From Trichoplax sp. H2 (lineage: Eukaryota): a stretch of 64,000 bases of DNA. The DNA lies in the NCBI GenBank assembly GCA_003344405.1, contig NOWV01000114.1, forward strand, positions 124,001-188,000, in the 5' to 3' direction. The notes beneath the pieces are model-generated. The model ran no database searches, had not been told where the DNA came from, and saw nothing but the letters and a program-made list of their open reading frames with translations. The position numbers were made by a program, and so were the translations under genes. Shown piece after piece: positions 23,599-38,401 of the stretch; the stretch's first letter is position 1, and each line of letters begins with the position of its first letter.

Positions 23599-26500
23599 CT
23601 ATCCGTTATTTTTTAGGCAAACACTGCACGCCCAACGACCTAATAAGACGTTATATACAATAGAATTATTTCTTTTGCAATAACATTAAAAGATAACACT
23701 AGATAATTTTTGATAACGATGTTGTCTATCGTATAAATTTCTTAATAGTCAATACCTTCAGGTGGATGATCAATAGGTGGACTAAGACAATACATATGAT
23801 AACCTCTATCACAGTCATCACAGAATAGAAGCTTATCCTGTAAAATTTAGAAACAGTTAACGCGAAATATTTTAAATATGACGGCTCTTTCACAACCCCT
23901 GCCATAAAATTATCACTTACATCATTATCAGAAGTACCACAGATACTGCATGATTTACACTCAATGCACTGCCACGCGTACATCAAAACGGTATCAGTTA
24001 GAGAAGGAGTAAATTTTAAACAAGATGGATGACCTATTATAGAATTTTATAAATGTTATGAGATACAATATAATAACCCTCAACGTCCGTTTTCACATAA
24101 AGAATGATTGAAACCTGATCTGCCACAATCGGCACAAGAAATCAAACGTTCTGATTGTCCAGTCTTTTTATTTAGGTTAACGTCACCAAGACAAAAGTCA
24201 CAGTAGCGATTTGATTCTACACTAGTAGAGACAGATGACATGATCTTTGCTATCTTTGGCGGCCGTCCGGATTCGCGAGTAATCTTGATTTTGGACAGAT
24301 TCTGAATATTATGCGCATGAATATAATGATATTTTAATCCAGGTGGATTCTTGTATCTACGTCCACACACTAACAAATCATTATATAGGCGCAATAAAAC
24401 AGTGAATACTTTCATTAGTAGCAACCACAAAAAAATGCACCTACACGTAGATTAACAAAACCAATATTCGAAAAGCTTAAAAATTATCATCTAATAGAAA
24501 AAGTGCCTTATATAATTATTACAGTCACAGGCGTATGGTTTTTCGTCGATATTTGCGTCCATTTGATAAATTTGGTCGTTAAGTTTATGATTCAAAGCTT
24601 TTCCCTAAAACATCGGAAGTACTTGCAGGTTATATATTTGTCGGAAACGATACCGTAGAAGCTATTGTTTCAGAAACTATATTTACCGTAAGTATATTAC
24701 ATAGTTAGATAAAGAATTAAAATCAAAATATAATATCGTATCTATCACTATACAGTGTTGGACCTGATAGCTGGGCAATAATATTTTAATTTTTGTTACG
24801 ACATGTTTATTCCATATTTTATAAGCTACAGTAATCAAAGGACTCATTGAGCTGCTGCAGGTTACCTTTTTCAAATTATTTCGTTCTCTTGTAGGCACTA
24901 TAGTAGAATCATCTTCTAAGGTGTCATTAACTGTAACCTTTTCTGCTACATTAATAAGATCAGAACTATCGAATTCATCGGTTTCATCGTCAACGTCACT
25001 AAATAAATGGGGAATACAAAAAATTTTAGACAAGATACTCATTATATGCATGACGTCCCAGTTCCAGGCCGTCACTAACCCTATCGAGGTCGCTTTAAGC
25101 AATTTCAGTAGCAATTTACGCAAAATTTCATGAGGATTACCAAATACTCATCCCACTGATTATAATTATAGATCAAAAAAAACTTTGGATCATCTCTGTA
25201 TCAGACTTAAAATGTTGCTAGGCTACAGTATTATATTTATATACCTGTTATTTTCACTCTTCACTTTTTCAATACCAGTGATCTTACTTCCGGTATTACT
25301 ATCTGCAGGAACTAAAACAATAATTTATTAATTTCTGATGCACCTTCTTTTCTCTGAATATACGCTGAGCGATACAATCCTCTTTTACAAGCTATTAATT
25401 CATAGTTTAATACAATTCAGAAATACTAAGTAACTTGGTATGCCATATTCAACACCGAAAGAGTGAGATCGACACCAAGGTAAGGAATACATAGTATCAT
25501 ATACTGTAATAATCAAAGTATAAGTGCTATAATAGAATCAACATTAAGAAAACCCACAGTATCCTTGATTATCAAAACTCTTCCGAGCTCTGTTACATTA
25601 CTTTTGTATTGTAGATGCAAATTTTAGTCACAGTCATAAGGTAATAGATGACAGTGAGCGACTATTAATTTAGGAGTCAAGATTAGCTGTAGCCACGCGT
25701 AATTATACTATTTTAATAGATGTTTCGGAGGAACTATCAAATCACAATACATTACATCAAAAAAGAGCGATTAGTAAACAGTTACTTTATATGATTCGAT
25801 AGATCGAGCATTTTTACAGCTGGTAATGTCAAAATACTCTAACTTTTATAAAAATCACGTCATATAAACTGCGACTGTCATCAAATAGAGCAAGAATTCT
25901 AATATTCTAATATACATAATATACTTTACTCAAGAGGAGCTACAGGCAATACGCGCATTTCTACAGTATAACACTACGTAATACGCAATGATTATCGTAT
26001 TGCATACGTACGTACTAGAGTAATATTGAGTAACACACAGCAGTGTTTAACACCTTCTCATCTTATTCACTTCAAAATCCGAAATTGTTTCCTATATAAG
26101 CTGTTTTAGATCATAAATGGATTTAATTTACTATTTTACATGTGTATTTGTACTGTATTTAGTGTTGTGGGATTGTCGCTGAATAAGATATAAGGACTGT
26201 TTTCCTACTTTGAGTAGTCTATGCAGCATGCAACCTGAAATTAGAGGAAAGTTTATTATTCACGCATTGCCATATTTTATGCATATAACGATGCGTGCTA
26301 TGTGTTGAGGTATTGCATGAATATTAATATTAAAAAGGCTCACAAGAAAATGCCTTAATTCCGGTTTCAAGTTCACTTGAACGATAGCGCAAAGTATAGC
26401 ACGATAGATCCAAGACTGAATTACCTGAAGCATCTAACTGTTGTTGTTCGATTGTTTCGTTGTCCTCAAGTTTCTTACGTCTATATCGCACAGCCGTATA

Positions 26501-27258
26501 ACTGTAAATTTGGCCGGATTCGATTCCTTTGTGCCTTTGCTTTGATGTCATCCATAAGTAGCAAGGCCTTTGTTCAGTTGCAGTATGAGTATCAAAGTAA
26601 GGAAGTCGAGATTGTCGATTACGAGATAATGTGACGTTATAGGTTGCAGCAACTTCAATGACCTCACGGTATGGATCTCTACGGTAAAATTTTAAGAGGT
26701 TTGTAAATCAAATTTTATTTTGAATTTCTGAATTACCAATAATCGGTACAGGATTCTAGTGAACAAATCAATCAATTATCTTTGTAATCCACTTGTGATT
26801 ACGTTATCTCTACAATTAAACCGTATACTACTGCGGTAATTTGTGAGGTCGAATTCCGCTCGTGAAACGAATATGCTGTAGTTATTGTACCGTATGCTAT
26901 CATAGCGTAAAGTACAACTTAAAAAAATTCAATTTTTAAGTTAAACTGTACTTCGTAAAAACAAGCGTATCATTCTACTTGTTGTACTGTACTCCTCAAT
27001 TATAATTATTATAAGACAAAGAAACTCTGATCGTCTGTGGAAAGTTACAGTACTGTACGGTATACGCGTAGTAGATATAATTTGCTAAATGAAGGTTTCT
27101 GCTCTTCTTAAAAATCAAAAATCAAATTTACGCGGATCACGCATACCTATTCACTTATTTATCGCGTTTATTATACAATTATAATTATCCATAAGTTACA
27201 GCAAAGATAACCTGGCAGAAAATGCTTTACCACTTGCTATCCTTTTCAAGGAACTCAT
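23599..27258 (-). CDS. d4/DPF-family (requiem, BAF45) protein: Requiem_N + C2H2 + double PHD finger; 5' exon uncertain
   Basis: 26679-26425: [43 protein letters not shown]|..[92 protein letters not shown]. Confidence 0.92.
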
Positions 27259-27317
27259 TCTCCCGGTACTGTAGTTGATTTTCTAACAGAAATAATGTGC
27301 GCAGTTCGCCAAATACC

Positions 27318-27700
27318 TACAGTACAGTACAGTACAGTACCGTACAGTACGTACTGTACAGTATGACACTCACTACCGTACAGTACAGTACTGGGCAGCA
27401 GTGTACTGTACAGTACTGTACAGTATGACGACTCGACGAAAACACACTCTATCAAATTACAGTACTGATTTCTGTACCGTACAATACTGTACAGTACAGT
27501 ATACTGTAGTACTGTACACTGTACTGTACAGTATCAGTCTTTGCCGACGTTTGCAGGATTATACTGTATAGTACTGTACTGTACTGTACAGTACTGTAAA
27601 TTGTAATGAAAACGAATAAAGTACTGTACAGTACAGTATCATCAACTTCTGTACTGTAAGAACTATACAGTAACAGTGGAATTACAGTACTGTACTAACG
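27318..27700. repeat. TACAG/CTGTA tract in the DPF/GPANK1 divergent promoter
   Basis: Dense tacagtacag/tactgtactg units. Confidence 0.85.
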
Positions 27701-27818
27701 AAAAAGTAATGAACCTTTCTTGTTGCTGTACCCTCTTTCTTTTGCTCCATGCAAAATGCAGCAGTAGCAGTACAATTAAAAATGAAATAATCCGTCTCGG
27801 TGAAATCTTTCTGAAAAA

Positions 27819-28946
27819 ATGAGTACAAATTCCGATTTAATCAAAAAAGCTGGCATCACTTACAAGAATTTTGTTCCCGAATGTAAGCCAAGGAATCGCT
27901 TTGCTGATTCATTATCCAACGACGCTCCAGTTACGAAAGAATTGTTAGGTAATAAAATACGAAATTTTTACTTAGAAACCGTTGCGACAAACCCAGAATG
28001 TGAAGATCAAAACTCTCTTAATTCCTTCTCTCAAGTACCCAAACCCACATCAGTAACAAACTTTAACAATTTCGATCCTCAAACTTCAATCCAAGAAACA
28101 AACGTACCAAATACCCCTACAAACCATTTAAAATCAACTCAATATGCTGAAAGGATTAGCATTCATACAATATTTAAGTACGCAGAAAAAGGAAAGCTAA
28201 GTAGGCTAAAAACAGCTTTACAATCTGGAATGTTCAATGTTAATGTAAGAGATAACTTTTCTTGGACCTTACTCATGAGTAGTTCTTACAATGGTCAAGA
28301 AGAAGTTACTTTATTCCTTTTAAGCATGAAGATCGATGTCGAAGCAAGAAATCGTCGGGGACAAACGGCATATGATTTAGCTTTACTCTCGAGCAACCAT
28401 AAGATTGCTGAACTGATTAGAAACTCTGCTATCGCGAAAAACAACTCATTGTCAAGGGATTATAATTATGGTAGCAGTTCCAATCACACACTGACTATTC
28501 CTTCGTCAATCAATCAAAAGAAATGGTGCAATGTCTGTAACAAAGAATTATCGTTGTCTTATGCAAGTAAGATACAAGATGATCACGCCTATTCAACAAC
28601 GCATTTATTTAATGTTCAAGATAAAATTAAACTTCAAACTAGTTACGCTATTCCGAGTAGTAGCATTGGCTATAAACTTATGCTAAAGAGCGGATGGAAA
28701 ACGAATAAAGGATTAGGAAAGCATGGAAATGGTAGAAAGTATCCGATTAAGACTGCTCTAAAGAACGATAGGAAAGGAATTGGTGCAAGCAAAAGGCCAA
28801 CTGTTAAAGTGACTCATTTTAAAGCATTTGACACAAACATACTAGACAAACCCTGCAACAAATTTATAAATATGAAAATTAGAACACAAGAATTAAAAGA
28901 AGAGAGAGCATGGGAGAAGGCAATGATTAGGCAACTTAAATCATAA
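27819..28946 (+). CDS. GPANK1: G-patch domain and ankyrin repeat protein, single exon
   Basis: Ankyrin: NVNVRDNFSWTLLMSSSYNG, RNRRGQTAYDLA; CxxC..H..H finger (CNVC..HAYSTTHLF); G-patch: SIGYKLMLKSGWKTNKGLGKHGNGRKYPIKTALKNDRKGIG. Confidence 0.9.
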   Translation: MSTNSDLIKKAGITYKNFVPECKPRNRFADSLSNDAPVTKELLGNKIRNFYLETVATNPECEDQNSLNSFSQVPKPTSVTNFNNFDPQTSIQETNVPNTPTNHLKSTQYAERISIHTIFKYAEKGKLSRLKTALQSGMFNVNVRDNFSWTLLMSSSYNGQEEVTLFLLSMKIDVEARNRRGQTAYDLALLSSNHKIAELIRNSAIAKNNSLSRDYNYGSSSNHTLTIPSSINQKKWCNVCNKELSLSYASKIQDDHAYSTTHLFNVQDKIKLQTSYAIPSSSIGYKLMLKSGWKTNKGLGKHGNGRKYPIKTALKNDRKGIGASKRPTVKVTHFKAFDTNILDKPCNKFINMKIRTQELKEERAWEKAMIRQLKS

Positions 28947-29862
28947 TATCTTATTAGAAACGTATACATATTTTATGCTTTAACGAGTAATTTGGATAAT
29001 GATCATGATACACGGGACTCCGAAAATATTCGATTGCTGAGATGTCTCATATTGACTTGTAACTATTCAATGATTATAACATAATTTATCAGTCATACTA
29101 ATTCTAAAGAGAACGTGTATTAATCGAATTAAGAAAAGAGCTTTGATACGAGTACATCTAGTGCTACCCCTCACTCATGATACGTAATTCTCGAATAATG
29201 TACTATTTTCTAATTATTTGCAAATTTAGCTTAATCGAGTCGTAATGTATTTATACTTCTTCACAACCCTCAAACCGTAGCACCAAAGCTATATAAGATG
29301 TCTATAAAATCGCTTGTAAGCATAATGTATTCTTTACTATACTACGCTTACATAACATTAAACGCCAGACAGATATGACTGCTTGACGATAAAATAGTTT
29401 AATAACATCTTAATTAATTATAGGGGAAATTGAATGAGTATTTAACCGATCTATTAGATGTTATCGGTAATCGACAGTACAGGTTAAGAACGATTAGAAG
29501 AAATTTCTTTATTTCAGGTTTTACATACGGTGATATTCAGAGAGTACCTAGGCACTGTACATTATGCAATTACAGAAATCGACGCCAAAGTACATTTTAA
29601 GTTAAATTAATCGAACTAGATTCAAATGATCACTTTCTTACGCACAGGATAATTAACACTATAAATAAACTTAAATATTTACACAAGCTGCATGTTTGGG
29701 CTGAGAAAATAGCCGTTAATGAATATTTCTCTCAGACAATAGCCATAAAATGAAATATACGAATGTACAAAAAATTACGGTCATTAAGTAATGTTTATGG
29801 ATGCAAATTCAAATTAACACATTTTAGTCTCTCAAGAGGCTTCCTTTCGCATATACTAAAAA

Positions 29863-32800
29863 TTACGCAAGGCCTGAGGAGATACTTTCGGGTATAAAGG
29901 AATTTTGCTGATGTAGGTTTTCAAATTCATGCTCGTCTTTCGAGTAAGCTTTGAGAATACTTAATTTCTATTATTTATGAAGAAAATAAAATTACTTCAC
30001 ATAAGTCATATTCTATTATTGCTTAACCAACATACTATTACCCATGCATTTAATATTCCAGTCAATGTTACTCTTGGCATCTTCAATAATCTTGAACTGA
30101 GATCTTCTATGATTGTTACAAAGAAAGGATTTGCTCCTGTAAGGAATAAGTCGGAATTTATTAGGATTCATTTCAGTTACGATTCAATTTACTATATGAG
30201 AATAATGTGATGAATACGATCCCAGTACTAACTATATTCTACTGTTGTGGTTTGACACTGAGCGGAGCTATATGGATAGTCTTCCGGAATAATCACATAA
30301 ATTGATGGTACTGGCGGTAAGCTGGCATCATCTACAAGGTATTGTAAATTAATCTCATAGCATAAGCACCTTCGCACGAAGTTACTCGAAACTATCTCAT
30401 AGCCTCGAGATTTATGAATAACTTGAGAGCTTTCACAGTTATAAAGCACAAAACTTACCTATAGAGCATTTTAATAGAAAAGATTCGCTGTCCATTAATG
30501 GATGGACATTCTTTTCGATGACAAATAAATCATCCAATTCAGTCATTTCAGTCTCTATTACGTTCTCTTGTTCACTTCGCATTTTACTATCAGAATATTT
30601 AATTCTCTTCCGTTTGACTGTCTGTTCAGTGAGTCTGCAATGGCATGAAATATGTGTACTATAATTTGATATAGTCGTTATCTTTTCATACAATGAATCA
30701 TCACACAAACATACGAGTATTTTATGCACGTAATATGTATCCTAACGTACGGTGTCATCGGGCCTCTCATAGTTGTGAATGCAGGTCCACAAGTTTGTTG
30801 AAGTGCATATGCTAGCGCTGGAGAATTTAGATTTGCAGCAATGATATCAATCAGAGGTTTACATACATCCTGTGATGGAGCAAGTCCAGATGAGGTAGTT
30901 ACAGGTGCAGACCCCACGGAAGTAGTGCTAACAATTGTATTAGATGAAGAATTTGATGTTGTAGTTGCAATAGACGTCACTCCGTTAGTATTTGTGGCTG
31001 CTATACCATTAGTTGTAGTTCCTATAGCCTTATTAGGAGATAAGTGAATATTCGTTAGCTAAAGTGCGCTAATTTTTGAGCTGCATTATTTTATGGTTCC
31101 TTAAGATTCATTTATCTTTCATATTATAATTATTTCCTTACTACTGACGGCGGTTGAGACTGCGGAGAAAAAGAAGCTTGAAGTTTTTCTAAGACACTTT
31201 CGCATTTTGTAAGAGTTGCTAGAGGTACCCTAGAAATAGTAATAACACCAGCGTTAATAATTATAATATATAAAACAGCATTTTATCAATCCTATAACCA
31301 AATCTACCAAGAACAAATACCTCTTCTGGGGATTAGCCAAGATTTCTAAGAGACTTTTCATCTTATGTATCTCCTTTTTTCGCCCTAAAACAATAGTAAT
31401 CTGTAACCAGATATTCACTCGTAAAACCTGGCGTAAAATTATAGGAAACCTACCCTCTTTCGTGGTTCGGTCAATTAATCTTCGTAGCGGTGCGATATAT
31501 TTTGTGAGATCTCTGAGCTAATTTATGCAGGTAATTAGTAAGCTTGAACGACACGCTCATTATTACCTAGTTTAGATTTTGTAAAGAAAAAAAGCAAAAT
31601 ACCTTTTCCATGTACGCTGCATCATCACTGGGATTTACCGATTGTAAAGGACTCGAAGCTGGTACCGAACCTCCAACAGATCCAACTGATCCAGGATTAG
31701 CATTAGTAGCGGGTGACTGAGAAACTGTAACAGAGTTAGGCGTAGTAACATTCGTTACGGGAGATGGCGCTAATAGCGGAGATTTAGTTGGTGCTTGTAC
31801 TATCTGCGGATAGAAAGGGGATTTTGATGATTGTTGCTGTTGAGGTTGCGACTGGGGGTACGGAGATTTAATAGAAGGCTGTGGATACGGAGACCTATTA
31901 TTTAACATTGGCGGTTGCTGAACCGGAGATTTGATATTTTGCGCTGGATAAGGAGACCTATTATTAATTACTGATTGAGGGTGAGCAGGAGATTTTAAAC
32001 TCGGTTGTTGCTGTTGGTAAGAATTTGCAGGATGACCGGTAGTAAGCGGAGATTTAATTATTTGTTGATGAGCTTGAGAATGATGCCCTTTACCAGAATT
32101 AACCTGAGGAGAAGGATGTGGAGACCGTATAGCTTGTTGTTGGACATAAGCCGATGGGCCAACCTGTGGCTGAGTATGTGGAGATTTAATTGGTTGCTGC
32201 ACATAAGCAAACTGAGCTGATTGATTACTATGAGGAGATTTAATCGGTTGCTGTAATGCATAAGGAGACTGTGATGGTTGACTACTATGAGGAGATTTCA
32301 TAATCGGTTGTTGCGAATAAGGAGATGGATTCGGAAATGCAACAGTCTGCGAACAAGGTGATGGGTTTGGTTGCACCTGATGGGGGTACTGTGATTGGTT
32401 CGTGCCTTGTCCTTGTTGGCAGTACGCGTTTGCTGAAGCAATACTAACTTGACTATATCCTAGTCCTTGACCTTGAGAAGAAATACTAGTAGGCGGCTGA
32501 GGACCATTACTGCTACTTGATAGTAAAGCCGAAGTTAATAAAGCGGGTGGGTTATTTACATTTGCACCACCACCTAAAAGATATGATCGTAACCGTGCAG
32601 TCATTCACTAGATTTGAAGTTAGCCCGAATAAAGACAGCTAAAGGCGCTAATGTAAAAATTTAATGCGACTAGAATAAAACGATACCATAAAAGACTTCT
32701 TTAGCTTACCAACACTAGCTTGAATATTCGGTCTTGATACTGGAGGCACAGTTTGATTACCGGTCGGATTACATTGATTCTGGGCAAAAGCCTGGGATAG

Positions 32801-34422
32801 CATTGGAGCAGTTTGTGATGTGCGCCTAGTGCCTGGTCCATCTAAAATATTAAATTTTTTAATTTTAGAGTGCTCAGTGGCCTTTTCACTCAGAAACTAC
32901 AGTGGCTGCAGCAAAATATCATATTTAAGGCACCACCAGTCGACATATTCGTACATTGGATTTTTGTAATAGTATCAACTCATATAAATAATTTGATATT
33001 GATTGATTAGGGTATAGAGTATAGTTGTAAAATCCTTCGTAAAAATCCTAAGTTTGTTACAGTTATTTACACTAAATTTATAGAACTACAACTCCAAAAA
33101 ATACGTTCTTCGATAATAACAATAAGTTATAACCAACATTTCATAATCTTCATATTATATAGTACATAGAATGTGGTCATCTAAATCCGATAGGAGAATT
33201 GTCAGGTGTAAATCCGAATGATTTAGTAATAAAACTCATTAGTTTTAATGACAGTAACAGATATCAAGACTATTTTCATTAATCAGCATTTAATAATGTG
33301 TCAAGTTATGTATCTTAGCCAATCAATCATTATTCTAATACTAGCAACCAGAATTTTACAATATACTTTACACCTTATATAATATGGAAAACAAAATTAT
33401 TTGGTTTTAAACTAATCACGATCATGTGAGTAATGGCTTACTATTATTATAAAATGCAATCAGTATACGCGCATCTATTTTATTTAAAACAAAATTCACA
33501 AATTTTAATTCTAAAAGTATAAACCGTGTTAGATCGAAATTAGTTTAAGAAGATACAAAAGTTTATCAATAATCGACAACCATTGTAAACTTTCGTTCAC
33601 CAGTACTTAAAATAATTAGCCCCTTACCTGATTTGCGGTTGTCTTTCATGTGTAAAATAAGCCTTGCTACTAAGTTCAGATAGCGTTCCTAATAAATTTA
33701 CGAAATCAAGGACAATACAGTATAAGTTAATGAGGTATTGAACATGCTGTAAACAGTAGAAACATTCAAACTTTCAATGTCAAGATACATTCATCGCGTT
33801 ATATTCACAGTATATGTAATATAGATAAGCCGTATGCCTATTCTTGATATATTGTACTGTACATTGAACAGTATATATTGGTCATTCCATGGGAATGACC
33901 AAGGTTGACCGTAACATATACAGTCCGGTTTAGCTCGGTGCTATTTGCAGAGCTCTGCAATACTGTACTGTATCTGATAAAGCGCAGAAATCCGGTACGA
34001 ACAGTTACTAACCTTACAGTCAGCATTACCAAAAATATGCGCTTCCATCTCGCGAGCTGACTTGGTTGTTGGATTACAAGAATTTCTCATTGCTTCCATA
34101 CTATATGTACATTACAAAGACATGAAATAAGGATATAAAGCAGTTATATGTAAAAACATTCCGCATAGTACCGTGCATATATAATTGTGATGTGGCACAC
34201 AGTATACCATACAAGTATTATTATTTAAAATCATCTACCAACAGATGTGCAGGCAACAAAAATCGTATGCCACTATGCCAATTACTAATTACGCATGTAA
34301 TAAATTAACGTAAAAAGTGCTACAAGGTCATAGATTACTTACATCTGGTTGATAACATGTTGTCGAAATTCGGAAGAATGCCAATCTTCCTGAGATTGTC
34401 TATAATTGTTCGAACCATTCAT
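29863..34422 (-). CDS. MED15: Mediator complex subunit 15 (KIX domain, Q/P/S-rich middle, conserved C-terminus)
   Basis: MNGSNNYRQSQEDWHSSEFRQHVINQI|MEAMRN..TKSAREMEAHIF..|ERYLNLVARLILHMK; AYMEK|LRDLTKYIAPLRRLI; KMKSLLEILANP; VPLATLTKCESVLEKL; LPPVPSIYVIIPEDYP; ILNAW|KLSILKAY..*. Confidence 0.92.
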
Positions 34423-35312
34423 TGTTGATGTACAGTACAACTAACACGCCGGCACTATCAGTGTAAAGACTTTGACCAGAAAAATAAATATTATTATTAC
34501 GTATGCAAGCGCAAAGTCGCAAACTGAAAACTTGCAAAATTTAGAAAGCTGTCAAGACTTAAAAGGTAGATATACAAGTACGCGTATATTCTACAGAGCC
34601 TACGTCATCATAGACAGAAAAGATTTTAAGACAGTCCCCATAGTGTTTTTACATTAACATTATAACGATCAAGTAAGTATATCACTAGCATCAGTGATTA
34701 ATTACAGTAAAAATCGCTACAAAAGATTACACGAAGGCCGTTTAGAAACTTTATAATAAATAATCATAATTAATAATAATTACAATACTCTTATGAACTA
34801 TAAATCTAAGCTGATTATGTTATTTTACATATACATCGTATATCAATATACTGTATATCTAATTCTAGATCGTGCCTTTAAGGACTAATGGAGTACGCAT
34901 GCAAGTCAAGTACTCCACTGGAGAGTACTGTAACTAAATTTTAGAGATAACATTTAAATGCTAATTGCGTACTCATGGTGACGACACTACAATTTACATC
35001 AAATTTCACTTCTACAGTAGTCTGCAGTACGTAGTTAAAACCTAAGAATCATCATAGAATTAAATGTTCGAATACGCATAATTTTATAGTTAGATCTTTT
35101 GTAGTAAACCGTCTGTAAGAGAAGACTACTATACTTGCTCTCAAGTTCGTACCGGATGGAAATCTTTTAATTCACGCTGCTTCTAAGAATAAATGCTGAT
35201 GTTATCTAATAAAAAGACTACTTGATTTAGAATATTGGGATTGCTGTGCCGTAAAAGAGAGAATGTTTGCTAGTCTGAAAGTCTAGATAAGACTTTTTAC
35301 CTTGATAAACAG

Positions 35313-36060
35313 GAGTACTGTACTGTACAGTACGAATCCAAAACAGTATGTACTGTACAGTACAGTGCTGTATTGTACTGTACAGTACTGTACCCTAAAA
35401 AGGTTTTTCTTTTCTATCATACAGTACAGTACAGTACGGTAAAATACCAATGTTAATATTAAGTTCTTTGGATATTTTTTGGGACATATTTCATCCATAT
35501 TTATTTGAGAAAATTACCGGATTTTATATTAAAACGGCAAGAATGAAGTGGATCACACTTTACTGTAGCCGAGAAGCGTAATAGACAGTACAGTACTGTA
35601 CTGTGTGATTAAAAAAATTTTCTTGGACTCTGTATACTGTACAATACAGTACAGTATGAGCTACATTGATAAATTACCTACAGTATTTCAATTTTATAGT
35701 CTATCGTACTGTACAGTACTGTACAGTGTACAGTACAGTACCGTGCAGTCATATTGCGGACTGGAGCTAGGAGCTAGACTTACTGTATGCATGTGAACAT
35801 ACGGTATACAGTACTGTACAATGTACAGTACAGTACACCGTGCAGTGTACAGTACAATACAGTACAGTACACCGTGCAGTGTACAGTACAATACAGTACA
35901 GTACAGTATACTGTATAGAACCCTACTGCACTAGTATTACTTTTAGTAAACAGACTATGCACCGCTATGTCTTACTATTTCACTATTTCTTGTCTATGGT
36001 TCATGCTCATCCCTCATGTACAGTACTGTACCGTACTGTACACTGTACAGTACAGTACTT
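35313..36060. repeat. TACAG/CTGTA tract between divergent MED15 and C2orf69 homolog
   Basis: Dense pentamer units, including an exact tandem duplication of ~34 nt (agtacagtacaccgtgcagtgtacagtacaatac) at ~35827-35905. Confidence 0.85.
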
Positions 36061-36402
36061 CACACGCCGTCTCATCTTCCATCTCATTTATGAGGTTAAC
36101 TATAAATAAATGAGACTCGGTGGACAGCGCGAGTATTCATTTATTTATTTAATTAATTATTTACTGCTCAAAGTGATTTTTGGCCTTGAACACCTTGATT
36201 AGCAGTTAAAAACTGTAAAACTGTACCACTGTACTGTACAGTATATGCATGTTTGTGCGCAGCGCAAAAGTCGATCCGGAAACGACCCACCGGTACTATT
36301 CCTGTAGGAACTTCCTTGCAGTGTTCCTTCAGCTCGATGCATTTATATTTTTAGTTAAAATTTGAAGTGTATACAGATTTTGAATCGGCTTGTTATACGA
36401 TA

Positions 36403-38401
36403 ATGATATTACGACTATCACAAGTTGTTGGATCGAAACAAAGATGTAACGAAATCCTCGGATATTTTGCTTACAACGGTAAAAATCTGGTCGTTTTCTT
36501 TCCGGGTGATATTCAGGTAATCAAAATTAAAATTGTTGCACGCCGCAATTTGATATTACCGATGCTGTAAAATGCGTATGAACAGTAAAATCGCACATTA
36601 AAGTTGATAAAAGTGATTGAATAACCCTAATTGTGAAATGCAACTTACTTACATACCACCTCTAGTCATTCCGGATTCATTTCTAAAATTACTTATTATC
36701 TTATCAGGGACTTTTATTGGATCAATTCCACCTGTCTAATCGAATTGATCCTGTTAGAAATTCTGATTTTATTATACGTACTGTACATACTTTATAAAGT
36801 AATAAGAAAATAGCCGTGGATTACTAAATATTTATCTATTATATTTGGTAAATTTAGTAATCCTTGAAATGGCCAAGCCTAAAATTAAGCGGGTCGATTC
36901 GATATGATGAAAACAAAATTAAAAATTTATTTTTAATTTATTTATGAAGTTACAAGTTATACTGCACTGACCAAAATCCGCATACATGCAGATAATAATT
37001 ATAACAGATAAAGTTATGTGTCTACTAGTACTCCATAATATTGATGAAAACCAAAGTTAGGCCATGGTATATTTGTATAAGTACGCGTAACGGAACATTG
37101 TAGCAAGTCCATGGTTGTAGACATACGCGATATAGAGATGATTTTCTATATCTTATTTTAGCCATAATATAATTACTTCAAATTAAGCCCGAACTGGTCC
37201 AAGCATAGTTCGTAAACAGATCTAACACATACAGACCATACATTTCTGATACGATTGGCTAGATACAATAATGTGATAATGAGCACTAATATTTACCACT
37301 ATTCTCGTACTATACACTCTACTACTAACACAATATTACAACAGCATTGCCTGTCGTACCTTTTGACATTTATTCTATTCGAATTATCGGCAGTGCATTT
37401 AGTTTTCAACTACAGTGCAATAAGATTTCAAATTACGATTTCTTTCATATAAATACTCTATGATTATTTTGAATTCGTTATTTATTCCACATAAGCGGAC
37501 AGTACACGTTTACTGCAGTAATACGGTAGATGTAAAAATATTATACGTACTAGGGCACTAATAAGTGTAATTAATTTTTGCTAGGATTTTTACGAAAATA
37601 TGATAAAGAATCAAATTAACAAGAAATATTCTCATTGGCATTATCATCATGTATTAGAAATTATTCAAAAAAAATTTGCTGACAGCCACATACTGATTAT
37701 CAAACCTTCAAGAATGCACGGACAAATGTATAGTTGCTACGATCATTTCCTCCACTGTGATGCTTATGGCAATCCTGATTATAACAAACCTAGTGATTAT
37801 GCGATTGACCATCTAGAGACAATAATATTAAATACGATAAAGGTAGTTGTAATGCTGACATTAACAAATTTACAAATATCCCTCTTGAACTCTGAGTTCA
37901 TATTAACAATCCTTTTTACACTCTTTGTATCAGGAAGTAAATAAAGACCTCCGCAGAAACGATTATGTAAAGTATGACTTGCCGACTGTCTTAATTGGCT
38001 TTAGTAAAGGATGTGTAGTTCTGAATCAATTAATCCTTGAATTATCCAATCGAAAAAAATGTATATCTGAAAATGCTTGCGATACGAATATAAATTTGTT
38101 TAAACGCATAGCAGGGATTCATTGGCTAGATGGAGGACACAGCGGAGAGAACGGGACATGGCTGACTAATGAAGGGGTTATAAATGATTTAGTATCAAAC
38201 GTCCCGTTAGTATGTTGCCATGTGACACCTTATCAGATGATGGATGGAACTAGGCCTTGGGTATATTTAGAATATGAGCGCTTTGTACAGCTATTAAATA
38301 AATCTGGTGGTAACATAAAGACCTATAACTACTTCATGGATAAACCTCGTTCAATAGACTATCATTTTAACCTATTGGAAGCATTCTTAAATAACATTTA
38401 A
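36403..38401 (+). CDS. C2orf69: C2orf69/UPF0565 homolog (alpha/beta-hydrolase-like), 3 exons
   Basis: VVFFPGDIQ|DFYENM, IIKPSRMH..YSCYDHF..YGNP, LIGFSKGCVVLNQL, HWLDGGHSG, HVTPYQ. Exons 36403-36516,37585-37842,37934-38401. Confidence 0.9.

Noticed and set aside
16664-34422. Functional cluster of transcription cofactors (MED19, DPF, MED15)
   Set aside because: Interspersed with unrelated genes; compatible with chance in a gene-dense housekeeping region without synteny data.
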